Notes under the pieces: model-generated | Databases searched by the model: none | The model's input: only the letters and a program-made list of their open reading frames with translations | What the model was told of the DNA's origin: nothing | Assembly: GCA_028700115.1 (NCBI GenBank) | Contig: JAQVTI010000001.1 | Location: 107,798-171,797 of the forward strand | DNA length: 64,000 nucleotides | Direction of reading: 5' to 3' | Origin: Candidatus Iainarchaeum sp. | GTDB taxonomy: Archaea; Iainarchaeota; Iainarchaeia; Iainarchaeales; CSSED10-239 | Program-made: the position numbers and the translations under genes | In this document: one piece after another, positions 1 to 8,166 of the stretch | How the letters are laid out: every line of letters begins with the position of its first letter | Position numbering within the stretch: the stretch's first letter is position 1

Positions 1-1776
1 TATAATAGAATAGCAATAATAGATAAAGATAAATGCCAACCAAAAGCATGTAACTATCTATGCCATAGAGTATGCCCACCTGTTAGAATGGGGGAAGATG
101 CAATTGAAATTACAAATAGAGATAACTGGTCACAACCAATAATTAATGAAGAACTTTGTACAGGTTGTGGGATTTGTTCTAATAAATGTCCTTTTGGAGC
201 TATACAAATAATAAATATAGGGGTAGACTTTTCAGAACCAATACATCAATTTTCTATAAATTCATATAGATTATATTCACTTCCAGAAATTGAAAAAGGA
301 TACATTACAGGTATGATTGGAAGAAATGGTTCTGGAAAATCAACTGCATTAAATATATTATCAGGAGAGTTAATTCCTAATTTAGGAAATTATAAAGAAA
401 AAGGAAATATAGATAAAGTAATAGAATATTATAGAGGAAAAAATATACAAAAACATTTTAAAGATATAAAAAATAAAGAAATAAAAGTATCTTACAAGAT
501 ACAAAAAGTTGAAGATATACCTAAGATGTTTAATAAAAAAATAATAGATCTATTAAACATGACTACAAATGATAAAGACAATATTAAAGAAATAATAAAA
601 GAACTTGAACTTGAAAAAATTATTAATAAAAAAACAACAGAAATATCAGGTGGAGAATTACAAAGAATTGCAATTGCTGCAAGTCTTTTAAAAAAATCAA
701 ATATATATTTCTTTGATGAATACACTACTTTTTTAGATATTAGACAAAGATTTAAAATAGCAAAACTTTTAAGGAAAAAAATAAATCCAGAAAAAGCAAT
801 TTTTTTAATAGAACATGATCTTGCAATACTTGATTATCTAAGTGATTTTACACAAATTATGTTTGGACAAAAAAATGCTTATGGAATGTGTTCTAATAAA
901 AAAAGTACTAAAAAAGGAATAAATGAATTTTTAGATGGATTTTTAAAAGAAGAAAATATAAGAATTAGAAAATATTCAATAGATTTTGCATCTTTAAAAA
1001 TAACCCAAGATTTTAAAAAAAATATACTTACCGAATATCCAGATATGAAAAAAAAACTTGGAGATTTTGAATTAGATATAAAATCTGCAGAAATTAGAAA
1101 AGGAGAAATAATAGGGGTAATAGGACCAAATGCAATAGGAAAAAGTACATTTATAAAAATGGTTTCTGGAGAAATGAAACCTGATAATTGTAATATTAAT
1201 AATAACTTAAAAATATCATATAAATCACAATATATAGAATTAGATAAAGAAAAAACTGTAGAAGAATTATTTTTAGAAAAAGATATTGATTATGATATTT
1301 TTAACTCAGAAATAAAAGGACAATTAGATTTAGAAAAGATAATACAACAAAAAATATCAGAATTATCTGGAGGAGAATTACAAAAAGTTGCAATAGCATA
1401 TACAATTTCAAAAAATGCAGACATTTATTTAATTGATGAACCTTCTGCTTTTTTAGATGTTGAACAAAAATTAATTATATCAAACGTAATTAAAAGCGTA
1501 ATAAATAAAAAAGAAAAATCAGCTTTAATTGTAGATCATGATCTTTTATTTATTGACCAAATCTCTGATAGAGTACTTTTATTTGAAGGAACCCCATCTA
1601 TAAAAGGATATGCAAATGAAATTGGAACTATTGAAAACTCATTTAATAAATTTTTAAAAGAACAAAATATGACATTTAGACAAGACCCCCAAACAAAAAG
1701 ACCAAGAGCAAATAAAGAAGGTTCTCAAAAAGATAAAGAACAAAAAAGAGATAATAAATATTATTATTCTCTTTAA
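1..1776 (+). CDS. abce1: ABCE1 / RNase L inhibitor (RLI) ribosome-recycling ATPase, 5' end truncated by window edge
   Basis: Frame of ORF 88..1776 stays open back to nt 1 (YNRIAIIDKDKCQPKACNYLCHRVCPPV = first 4Fe-4S CxxC..CP motif). Second ferredoxin-like CTGCGICSNKCP. Two ABC domains with Walker A GRNGSGKST / GPNAIGKST and signature LSGGELQ x2. Confidence 0.9.
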   Translation, partial: YNRIAIIDKDKCQPKACNYLCHRVCPPVRMGEDAIEITNRDNWSQPIINEELCTGCGICSNKCPFGAIQIINIGVDFSEPIHQFSINSYRLYSLPEIEKGYITGMIGRNGSGKSTALNILSGELIPNLGNYKEKGNIDKVIEYYRGKNIQKHFKDIKNKEIKVSYKIQKVEDIPKMFNKKIIDLLNMTTNDKDNIKEIIKELELEKIINKKTTEISGGELQRIAIAASLLKKSNIYFFDEYTTFLDIRQRFKIAKLLRKKINPEKAIFLIEHDLAILDYLSDFTQIMFGQKNAYGMCSNKKSTKKGINEFLDGFLKEENIRIRKYSIDFASLKITQDFKKNILTEYPDMKKKLGDFELDIKSAEIRKGEIIGVIGPNAIGKSTFIKMVSGEMKPDNCNINNNLKISYKSQYIELDKEKTVEELFLEKDIDYDIFNSEIKGQLDLEKIIQQKISELSGGELQKVAIAYTISKNADIYLIDEPSAFLDVEQKLIISNVIKSVINKKEKSALIVDHDLLFIDQISDRVLLFEGTPSIKGYANEIGTIENSFNKFLKEQNMTFRQDPQTKRPRANKEGSQKDKEQKRDNKYYYSL

Positions 1777-1804
1777 TTTTTTTTATTTTTTTATAATTAA
1801 AAAA

Positions 1805-2314
1805 TTATCTAATTAATTCTAATTGTATAGAATCATTATCAAAATTATCTTTAATAATTTGATTACATAAAGGAGAGATATAATTATTAGATATTTCTTT
1901 ACTAAAATTTAATGTTCTTGATAAAGATAAATCAGAAACTAATTCTCCTGAATAAGAACAAGCTATTTTAATTGAGCCAGTATAGTTAGAACTATTTAAA
2001 TTTGCAGAAAAATCAGAATAATTACAATTAATTGAACTTAAATTATTTATTTCTTGAAAATATAAATTTAAATAATTTTCTACCTTTAAATTATAATCTA
2101 ATTTAGAAGAAATATTACAATCAGAATAAGAAGTATCTGCAAGAGCATCAGCAATAACATTATCTACAGAAATAACTACATCTGTTGAAAACATTTCTAA
2201 ATCTTTTACAATATTAACCTGCCCAACATAATTCACATTTGGTACAAAAAATGCAAGCATAATTAATAAAAATATTGAATTAAATAAACCTTTTTGATTC
2301 ATAATACTCCTCAC
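1805..2314 (-). CDS. type IV pilin-like protein (class III signal peptide), Asn/Ser-rich secreted
   Basis: N-terminus MRSIMNQKG-LFNSIFLLIMLAFF: charged stretch, Gly, then hydrophobic helix resembling archaeal prepilin peptidase sites. Many N-x-S/T sequons. Last of four tandem similar genes. Confidence 0.5.
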   Translation of the reverse strand: MRSIMNQKGLFNSIFLLIMLAFFVPNVNYVGQVNIVKDLEMFSTDVVISVDNVIADALADTSYSDCNISSKLDYNLKVENYLNLYFQEINNLSSINCNYSDFSANLNSSNYTGSIKIACSYSGELVSDLSLSRTLNFSKEISNNYISPLCNQIIKDNFDNDSIQLELIR

Positions 2315-2588
2315 AATAAAATTTATTTAAATTATTATAATTTAATGAATTATCTTCTGTTGAATAAAAAACATATCTTAAACACCAATAATCATTATCA
2401 ATATCCCCAACAGGAATATTTGGAGTTTTACTTAAAAGTTTAGAAGAATAAACCACATCTATATTATTTTGAGAATCTTGTGAAAATGAAAAATATATAG
2501 TAGTAGTTAATACTGCAGCAAATATTATAAAAATAATTACATAATATAAAGTTGTTAAACTAAAAATAAAACCATTTTTATTATTCAT
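2280..2588 (-). CDS. small pilin-like / membrane-anchored protein
   Basis: N-term MNNKNG-FIFSLTTLYYVIIFIIFAAV. Weaker class III signal-like motif. Sits in the tandem pilin-like array and overlaps its neighbours by a few codons. Confidence 0.35.
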   Translation of the reverse strand: MNNKNGFIFSLTTLYYVIIFIIFAAVLTTTIYFSFSQDSQNNIDVVYSSKLLSKTPNIPVGDIDNDYWCLRYVFYSTEDNSLNYNNLNKFYCEEYYESKRFI

Positions 2589-3099
2589 TATACCACACTT
2601 TTAAATGTGCAATAGATATATTTAAATCACAATTTGAACTTCCTTCTATACAAGAAAGATATTTTTCTTTAGAAATATATTTAAAATCACTAATAATCAC
2701 ATTAAAATCAATTTCATAAACATTATCTATATTTGATTGTAATATATCATTACAAGAATTATTTAAAATATTAAATGAATCTATACTAAAATTACATTTA
2801 TAATTATCTAAAAGACCTAAAGAATTTTTATTAATATTTGAATCTGTATAAAAACAATTTCTAAAAACAAAACTATTATCTGAATTACTAATAAAACAAT
2901 TTATTTTAGAATTTTGAGAGATATTATTAAAAGCAATTTGAGATATTGAAGATAATTCTTTTTCTTTAAGAGTAGATTGAGTATTATATATTTTTAAATC
3001 AACAAATCTATTTAAAAGAAAAAACATAATAGTAAGTAAAACTATTGCAATAACAATATCTAAAACCATCATTTGTGCTTTTTCTTTTTTTATAAACAT
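2581..3099 (-). CDS. type IV pilin-like protein (class III signal peptide)
   Basis: MFIKKEKA-QMMVLDIVIAIVLLTIMFF matches the archaeal pilin consensus K-[GA]-Q-x-S/x-hydrophobic. Asn/Ser-rich mature part with N-glycosylation sequons. Confidence 0.55.
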   Translation of the reverse strand: MFIKKEKAQMMVLDIVIAIVLLTIMFFLLNRFVDLKIYNTQSTLKEKELSSISQIAFNNISQNSKINCFISNSDNSFVFRNCFYTDSNINKNSLGLLDNYKCNFSIDSFNILNNSCNDILQSNIDNVYEIDFNVIISDFKYISKEKYLSCIEGSSNCDLNISIAHLKVWYNE

Positions 3100-3136
3100 A
3101 TTTTAATCCATTTTATATTTATATTAAGATATTTAA

Positions 3137-3598
3137 TTAACTACAAATAACCTTATATGTAGATAAATTATAACTGCATTTAAGCTCGTCTCCACAAAAT
3201 GTATTTACATCTGTAGAAAACATATTAAATTTAGTTGGGAGAGTATATTCTATATATTTTTTACCTTTATAATCTGTAAAAATATATATAGAATCATTAG
3301 AAATATTTATATTACAATTTGCTTTAAAACTAAGAGTTCTTATATTTGGTATTTTTAAAATAGAATTATAGTTATTTAAATTAAAATTTGAATCATAATT
3401 ATTTATAGATTCAGTATATGCAAGATATTCATTTATTAAGAGAGCAATTTCTTTTTGATCTGAAATAATTTTGTTAACTTCTAAAGTATAAACATTATCT
3501 TTTGATAGATTATCATATATAAATATAAATAATATAACAAATACAATGATAAATAAAACCTCAATAGAAAATTGAGCTTTTTTATTTTTTAAAAACAT
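3137..3598 (-). CDS. type IV pilin-like protein (class III signal peptide)
   Basis: MFLKNKKA-QFSIEVLFIIVFVILFIFIY. The QFSIE motif closely resembles the processed N-termini of euryarchaeal pilins and archaellins (KGQISMEI-type). Confidence 0.6.
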   Translation of the reverse strand: MFLKNKKAQFSIEVLFIIVFVILFIFIYDNLSKDNVYTLEVNKIISDQKEIALLINEYLAYTESINNYDSNFNLNNYNSILKIPNIRTLSFKANCNINISNDSIYIFTDYKGKKYIEYTLPTKFNMFSTDVNTFCGDELKCSYNLSTYKVICS

Positions 3599-3720
3599 AT
3601 ATTATTTTCCTTTAATATATAATAAATTAATATTATATAATATATATAAAACATTTATAAATAATAGTTTTTAAATAAAAAAAAGAAAATTAAAAAAATA
3701 TAATAAAAAAAATATAAAAT

Positions 3721-3987
3721 TTAAATTAGTGTTGATGCTTCAACCTCAATTTGATTAACTCCATTAATTCCTTCTAATATATTTTCAAGCTTATCTAAAA
3801 GCCCTTCTACTTTTTCAGGATAAATTACATTTACTTTTAATAATTTTAAACCAAAAGCAATAGGTTCTTCTTTAATACCATATATTTTGTATGGTTCTCC
3901 AATTCCTTTTTCTAAAAATTCTTTAATTGAATCAAAATATTCCATATCTTCTGGATAGATTCTATAAACTGTCATTATATCTCCCAT
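3721..3987 (-). CDS. ef1b: translation elongation factor aEF-1 beta
   Basis: 88 aa, the typical aEF-1beta size. Conserved C-terminal GxxKIxxIEVxxxx-like region (VNQIEVEASTLI). A Zn-ribbon partner gene is adjacent. Confidence 0.75.
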   Translation of the reverse strand: MGDIMTVYRIYPEDMEYFDSIKEFLEKGIGEPYKIYGIKEEPIAFGLKLLKVNVIYPEKVEGLLDKLENILEGINGVNQIEVEASTLI

Positions 3988-4039
3988 ATCTATTCTCCTT
4001 ATAAATTATAGAGAATCAATTTATTTAAATAAAAAGATC

Positions 4040-4195
4040 CTATGGTCCTATAAATCCACATGCAGGGCAAACATATTCTTTAGATATAGATTTACATCTA
4101 TTACATCTAACAATTGTTGCTTTACCACAATTTGGACATTTAAATTTTGTAAAATCTTGATCTAATTCAACATTACAACTAGTACATTTTTCCAT
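4040..4195 (-). CDS. small Zn-ribbon protein (COG2888-like) commonly paired with aEF-1beta; not in ORF track
   Basis: Manual translation of minus strand gives MEKCTSCNVELDQDFTKFKCPNCGKATIVRCNRCKSISKEYVCPACGFIGP: four CxxC pairs, 51 aa. Lies immediately upstream of ef1b on the same strand. Confidence 0.6.
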   Translation of the reverse strand: MEKCTSCNVELDQDFTKFKCPNCGKATIVRCNRCKSISKEYVCPACGFIGP

Positions 4196-4371
4196 AATTT
4201 AACACCTCATAAAATATAATTTTTCTAAAATTTTAAAAAACATATAATTTTTAAAAAATAAAGTTTATTACTAAAACTAATAAACTATATAAATATATAG
4301 AAATATATTATATATATAATATAGAAACAATTTATTTATAAATATAAACTATTTATAAAAATTAAAAAAAA

Positions 4372-4443
4372 GGGTCTGTAGCATAGCGGATAGTGCAATT
4401 GGCTTCGGACCAATAGGTCGTGGGTTCGAATCCCACCAGATCC
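4372..4443 (+). tRNA. tRNA-Arg (anticodon TCG)
   Basis: Hand-folded cloverleaf. Acceptor GGGTCTG/CAGATCC with a G3:U70 wobble. D-arm GCAT-AGCGGATAG-GTGC. Anticodon stem ATTGG/CCAAT with loop CTTCGGA. T-arm GTGGG-TTCGAAT-CCCAC. No encoded CCA. Confidence 0.8.
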
Positions 4444-4449
4444 TTATTT

Positions 4450-5112
4450 TTAAATTTCTTTTTCTTCTAAAATATCAAATAAAATCATCTTTGTTTTAAT
4501 ATTTTTAGAAATTAATTCTTTTTTAAACATTTCAGGAGTTTTGTTAAGAAGTGGAAAAGTTCCAAAATGCATAGGAATTACAAAATCTGATTCTAAAAGA
4601 GTACAAGCATATGCAGCTTCTCTAGGACCCATATTATAATATCCATCAATTGGAAGAATACTAATTTTAGGAGAATAAAGATCTTTAATAATTTTCATAT
4701 CATAAAAAACTCCAGTATCTCCTGCAAAATAAATAGATTCATCTCCAAAAGTAATTACAAACCCAATAGCTACACCTTTATTTGAAGAATGATCTGCTTT
4801 TACAAATGTAAAAGAAATATCTTTATAAATAATTGTACCCCCAATGTTTCCTCCTAAAACACAAACAGCATATTTTGATAAAAATTCTGCTAAATCAAAA
4901 ATAGTAATCACACTTGCACCACAAGATTTTGCAATATCTATAGTATCTCCTAAATGGTCTTTATGATCATGGGTAACTAATATAACGTCTGGTTTTATTT
5001 CCAAAGGATTAATAGAAATATTTGGATTATTTGATATAAAAGGATCTGTTAAAATTTTAACTCCATTAATAGTTATTAAAAAACAAGAATGCCCTAAAAA
5101 TTTTAATTTCAT
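4450..5112 (-). CDS. metallo-beta-lactamase fold metal-dependent hydrolase (UPF0173-like)
   Basis: HDHKDHLGD metal-binding motif. MKLKFLGHSCFLI start typical of the MBL superfamily. Confidence 0.65.
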   Translation of the reverse strand: MKLKFLGHSCFLITINGVKILTDPFISNNPNISINPLEIKPDVILVTHDHKDHLGDTIDIAKSCGASVITIFDLAEFLSKYAVCVLGGNIGGTIIYKDISFTFVKADHSSNKGVAIGFVITFGDESIYFAGDTGVFYDMKIIKDLYSPKISILPIDGYYNMGPREAAYACTLLESDFVIPMHFGTFPLLNKTPEMFKKELISKNIKTKMILFDILEEKEI

Positions 5113-5978
5113 AAATTTACCTCTTCGTCAATTTTAACTGTTTTATTTTTTAAATTATTTAATAAATTATAAGGTCCAAAAATATACATTTTTCCAAAAC
5201 TATATTTTAATAAAAATTCATTTAAATAAATTTTAAATCTTACTTGTAAAGCAATATCAAAATTATCTAAAAGTAATTTTTCAAGAGAAAGAATATCTTT
5301 TGTTTGAAGAATATATACATTGTCTGATTTTTTTGTAAACTTTTTAAAAGAATTAAAAAGATTTTCTGTTTCTGGATAATTTTTATAGATTTCTAAGTTT
5401 ATTTCAGAAACATTATTTTTTATACAAAAAGATTTTATATTTTTAAAAGAACCTTTATCAAAATTAATTATCAAAAAATCTTCAAAATCAAGATCTTGTA
5501 AAATACTAATTTGAGATTTTAAAACTTCTAAAATATGATTATAATGAGAAACACTATTTTCAAGTTCTTTTCTTAAAAAATCAAGATCTGAAATATAAAA
5601 AGTAGAACCCGTTTTTCCAATTTTTAAAAGAGAAAAATCAGATTTACTTCTTTCAATAAATATTTGAAGATTTTTAACAATATTATCAACAAATTCTAAA
5701 CTATTTGTATTTCTAGATTTATTTAAAAGATCATTTATACTTATTAAAATTTTATTTTTAAATTTAGATTCAACAGTATTTTTACCTTTATCAGTAAGTA
5801 AATAAAAATCATCCTTTTTAATTAATTGACCAAAAGTAATCAAATTTTTTAAAGATCTTGAAAGAGCTGCTTTTGCAGATGCTACATTTGAATAATTTGG
5901 AATAATTTTAGTTAGTAAATCATTATAGGTTGTTTTTTTTTGATTTACTTGTAAAAGAACAGAATCTGACAAAGACAT
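5109..5978 (-). CDS. hypothetical protein, possible N-terminal winged-helix domain
   Basis: ORF only. Overlaps the MBL hydrolase start by 4 nt, so operonic. No recognisable catalytic motifs. Confidence 0.3.
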   Translation of the reverse strand: MSLSDSVLLQVNQKKTTYNDLLTKIIPNYSNVASAKAALSRSLKNLITFGQLIKKDDFYLLTDKGKNTVESKFKNKILISINDLLNKSRNTNSLEFVDNIVKNLQIFIERSKSDFSLLKIGKTGSTFYISDLDFLRKELENSVSHYNHILEVLKSQISILQDLDFEDFLIINFDKGSFKNIKSFCIKNNVSEINLEIYKNYPETENLFNSFKKFTKKSDNVYILQTKDILSLEKLLLDNFDIALQVRFKIYLNEFLLKYSFGKMYIFGPYNLLNNLKNKTVKIDEEVNL

Positions 5979-6185
5979 ATATAATCTAATTTTATTTTTT
6001 AAATTTTTTTTAAAAATTTTATAACTATAATAATATTAAATAGAAAAATATATAATAGTTAACAAAAACAAATAAATCCAAAAAAATGTTTAAAAAAGAC
6101 AATATTTCGAAAAAAACATTCATTTATAAACATTTTACATAAAAAAGTATATATAAAGCTTAAATTTTAAAAAAGAGGTGTTTTT

Positions 6186-6395
6186 ATGAGCGAATTACCA
6201 ATTGCAGCAGTAGATAGGTTAATTAGAAAAGCAGGAGCAGAAAGAGTTTCTGAAGAAGCAGCAGAAGCATTAGGAAAAATTTTAAGTGATGTTGCAATAG
6301 ATATTTCCAGCCAAGCAATAGAACTTGCAAAACATGCAAAAAGAAAAACAGTTACTGCAGAAGATATACAACTTGCAACAAAAACAATGCAATAA
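6186..6395 (+). CDS. archaeal histone (HMf-like histone fold)
   Basis: 69 aa. AERVSEEAAEALGKILSDVAIDISSQAIELAKHAKRKTVTAEDIQLA is a classic archaeal histone fold signature. The antisense ORF 6167..6760 is spurious. Confidence 0.9.
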   Translation: MSELPIAAVDRLIRKAGAERVSEEAAEALGKILSDVAIDISSQAIELAKHAKRKTVTAEDIQLATKTMQ

Positions 6396-6419
6396 AAATA
6401 ATTTACAACAAAATTAAAA

Positions 6420-7274
6420 ATGATTAAAATGAAAAAAGTTGATTTACATACACACACATATTTTTCAGATGGATTATTAAGCCCAAAACAATTAATTTCA
6501 CTTGCTAATAATAAAAAAATTTCAGCAATATCAATTACAGACCATGATACAATAGATGGACTTTTAGAAGGAAAAAAAGAAGCAATTAAAAAAAACATTG
6601 AATTTATAAATGGAGTTGAATTTTTTTCAATAGAAACAGAGATATTAGGATATTTATTTGATGAAAAAAATTCAGCACTTATTAATTTTCTAGAAAAACA
6701 AATATTACAAAAAGAAAAATACGCTATTAAAAAAATAGAACAATTAAATAATTTAAACATAGATATAGAAATTGAAGAAGTTTATGAGAAAATAAAGCCA
6801 GGAAGAGTAGTTACAACTACACATATAGCACAAATACTCTTAGAAAAAGGATATGTTAAAGAAATACAAGAGGCATTTAAAAAATATATAAATAAAGAAA
6901 AAGTTATACTTAAAGATCCACCAGAAAATGCAAAAAAAATAATAAAACTTATAAAAAATGCAGGAGGAGTTTCTGTTTTACCACATCCATGGTATTTAAA
7001 AGATTTCCAAAAAGAAAATTTAGAATATTTTTTAATAAAATTAGAAAAATATGGATTAAATGGAATAGAAACTACAGGATATATCCCAAATGAAAATATT
7101 TTATTTGAAGGTAAAAATTTAATTAAAAGAATTAAAGAAATATCAAGAGAATTAAAACTTGTAGAAACAGGGGGATCAGATTTTCATTCTGAAAAAATAC
7201 ATCCTCACAATATTTTAGGGAAATATAATATTTCTTATACAAAACTAAATGAACTTAAAAAAAAAATCAAATAA
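6420..7274 (+). CDS. PHP-domain metal-dependent phosphoesterase
   Basis: VDLHTHTYFSDG N-terminal PHP motif. Later His residues (LPHPWY, GGSDFHS). Confidence 0.65.
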   Translation: MIKMKKVDLHTHTYFSDGLLSPKQLISLANNKKISAISITDHDTIDGLLEGKKEAIKKNIEFINGVEFFSIETEILGYLFDEKNSALINFLEKQILQKEKYAIKKIEQLNNLNIDIEIEEVYEKIKPGRVVTTTHIAQILLEKGYVKEIQEAFKKYINKEKVILKDPPENAKKIIKLIKNAGGVSVLPHPWYLKDFQKENLEYFLIKLEKYGLNGIETTGYIPNENILFEGKNLIKRIKEISRELKLVETGGSDFHSEKIHPHNILGKYNISYTKLNELKKKIK

Positions 7275-7836
7275 ATTTTTTAAGTTTATTTTTTGCTTCT
7301 TTAAAAACTTGTTTAATATTTAAATTATCTGTATTTATAATTATATCAAAACCTTTTTTAGAACCAATTTCTATATTGTATAATTTTTTATAATGCTTTT
7401 TATTAAAATTATCTTTTTTATTAAGAAGCTCTTCTGCTTTTTTTAAAGAAATTTTATCTCTTAAAGCAAATCTTTTTATTCTAATTTTTTTAGATGTTTG
7501 AAGATATATTTTAATTATATCAGTTCTATTTTTTATAAGATATGGTAAAGTCCATGAATCAAATATATAATTATTATCAGAATTAATTAAAGATAATAAA
7601 AATTTATCTAAAAGAATATCAATATTTTTATTTTTAAAACGAATATCATCAAGATTAGAAAATTCATACCAACCATCATTTTTAGAAGTAGATTTTATAG
7701 ATGGTTTTTTGTTTTCTGAAATTTGTTTTAAAACATTAGAAGTATAAACAATTTTATAATCTTTAAAAACCTTAGATAAATTTTCTATTAAAAAACTTTT
7801 ACCAGAAGCAGAAAAACCCCAAACTAAAATTTTCAT
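7267..7836 (-). CDS. P-loop nucleotide kinase, archaeal cytidylate/adenylate-kinase-like
   Basis: Walker A GFSASGKS at the N-terminus. Size near 190 aa and C-terminal layout resemble archaeal CMP kinase. Confidence 0.4.
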   Translation of the reverse strand: MKILVWGFSASGKSFLIENLSKVFKDYKIVYTSNVLKQISENKKPSIKSTSKNDGWYEFSNLDDIRFKNKNIDILLDKFLLSLINSDNNYIFDSWTLPYLIKNRTDIIKIYLQTSKKIRIKRFALRDKISLKKAEELLNKKDNFNKKHYKKLYNIEIGSKKGFDIIINTDNLNIKQVFKEAKNKLKKFI

Positions 7837-7878
7837 ATATTTTTCACTTTATTAAAATTTTTTAAATTTATAATCTTT

Positions 7879-8046
7879 TTAAATTTTTTTATCTTTATGA
7901 GCTTTTTTTAAATAATTTATTTTTTCAATTTCACTCATCTTAGACCATTTTTCTAATAATTGTATATCTCCTTTTTCAAATATAAGTTTATTTCTAAGAG
8001 TAATTTGATTATTAATAGTTTTTTTATTTTTTCTAGAAACTGGCAT
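7879..8046 (-). CDS. small basic hypothetical protein (55 aa), not in ORF track
   Basis: Manual translation MPVSRKNKKTINNQITLRNKLIFEKGDIQLLEKWSKMSEIEKINYLKKAHKDKKI. No family recognised. Confidence 0.2.
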   Translation of the reverse strand: MPVSRKNKKTINNQITLRNKLIFEKGDIQLLEKWSKMSEIEKINYLKKAHKDKKI

Positions 8047-8060
8047 AAGATCACAGAAAT

Positions 8061-8166
8061 TATTTTTTTATTTTTTTAAAGTTTTTATTTTTTTAAAGTT
8101 TTTATTTTTTTAAAGTTTTTATTTTTTTAAAGTTTTTATTTTTTTAAAGTTTTTATTTTTTTAAAA
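8061..8166. repeat. 17-bp tandem repeat (aaagtttttattttttt) about 5-6 copies, spanning the 3' end of the CPA2 antiporter gene
   Basis: Perfect period-17 copies start at 8078, 8095, 8112, 8129 and 8146, with partial copies on each side. The period is not a multiple of 3. Confidence 0.9.

Noticed and set aside
492-725. 77-aa minus-strand ORF inside the ABCE1 gene
   Set aside because: It is antisense to a confidently identified gene and is the low-complexity F/I/S-rich translation typical of the reverse strand of K/N-rich genes. The same applies to antisense ORFs 6167..6760, 12781..13026, 12939..13274, 13913..14104, 24927..25157, 27161..27358, 28007..28207, 28649..28885, 31999..32256, 33839..34060, 41106..41440, 42651..42863, 42955..43152, 53991..54887, 60119..60457 and 61865..62074.
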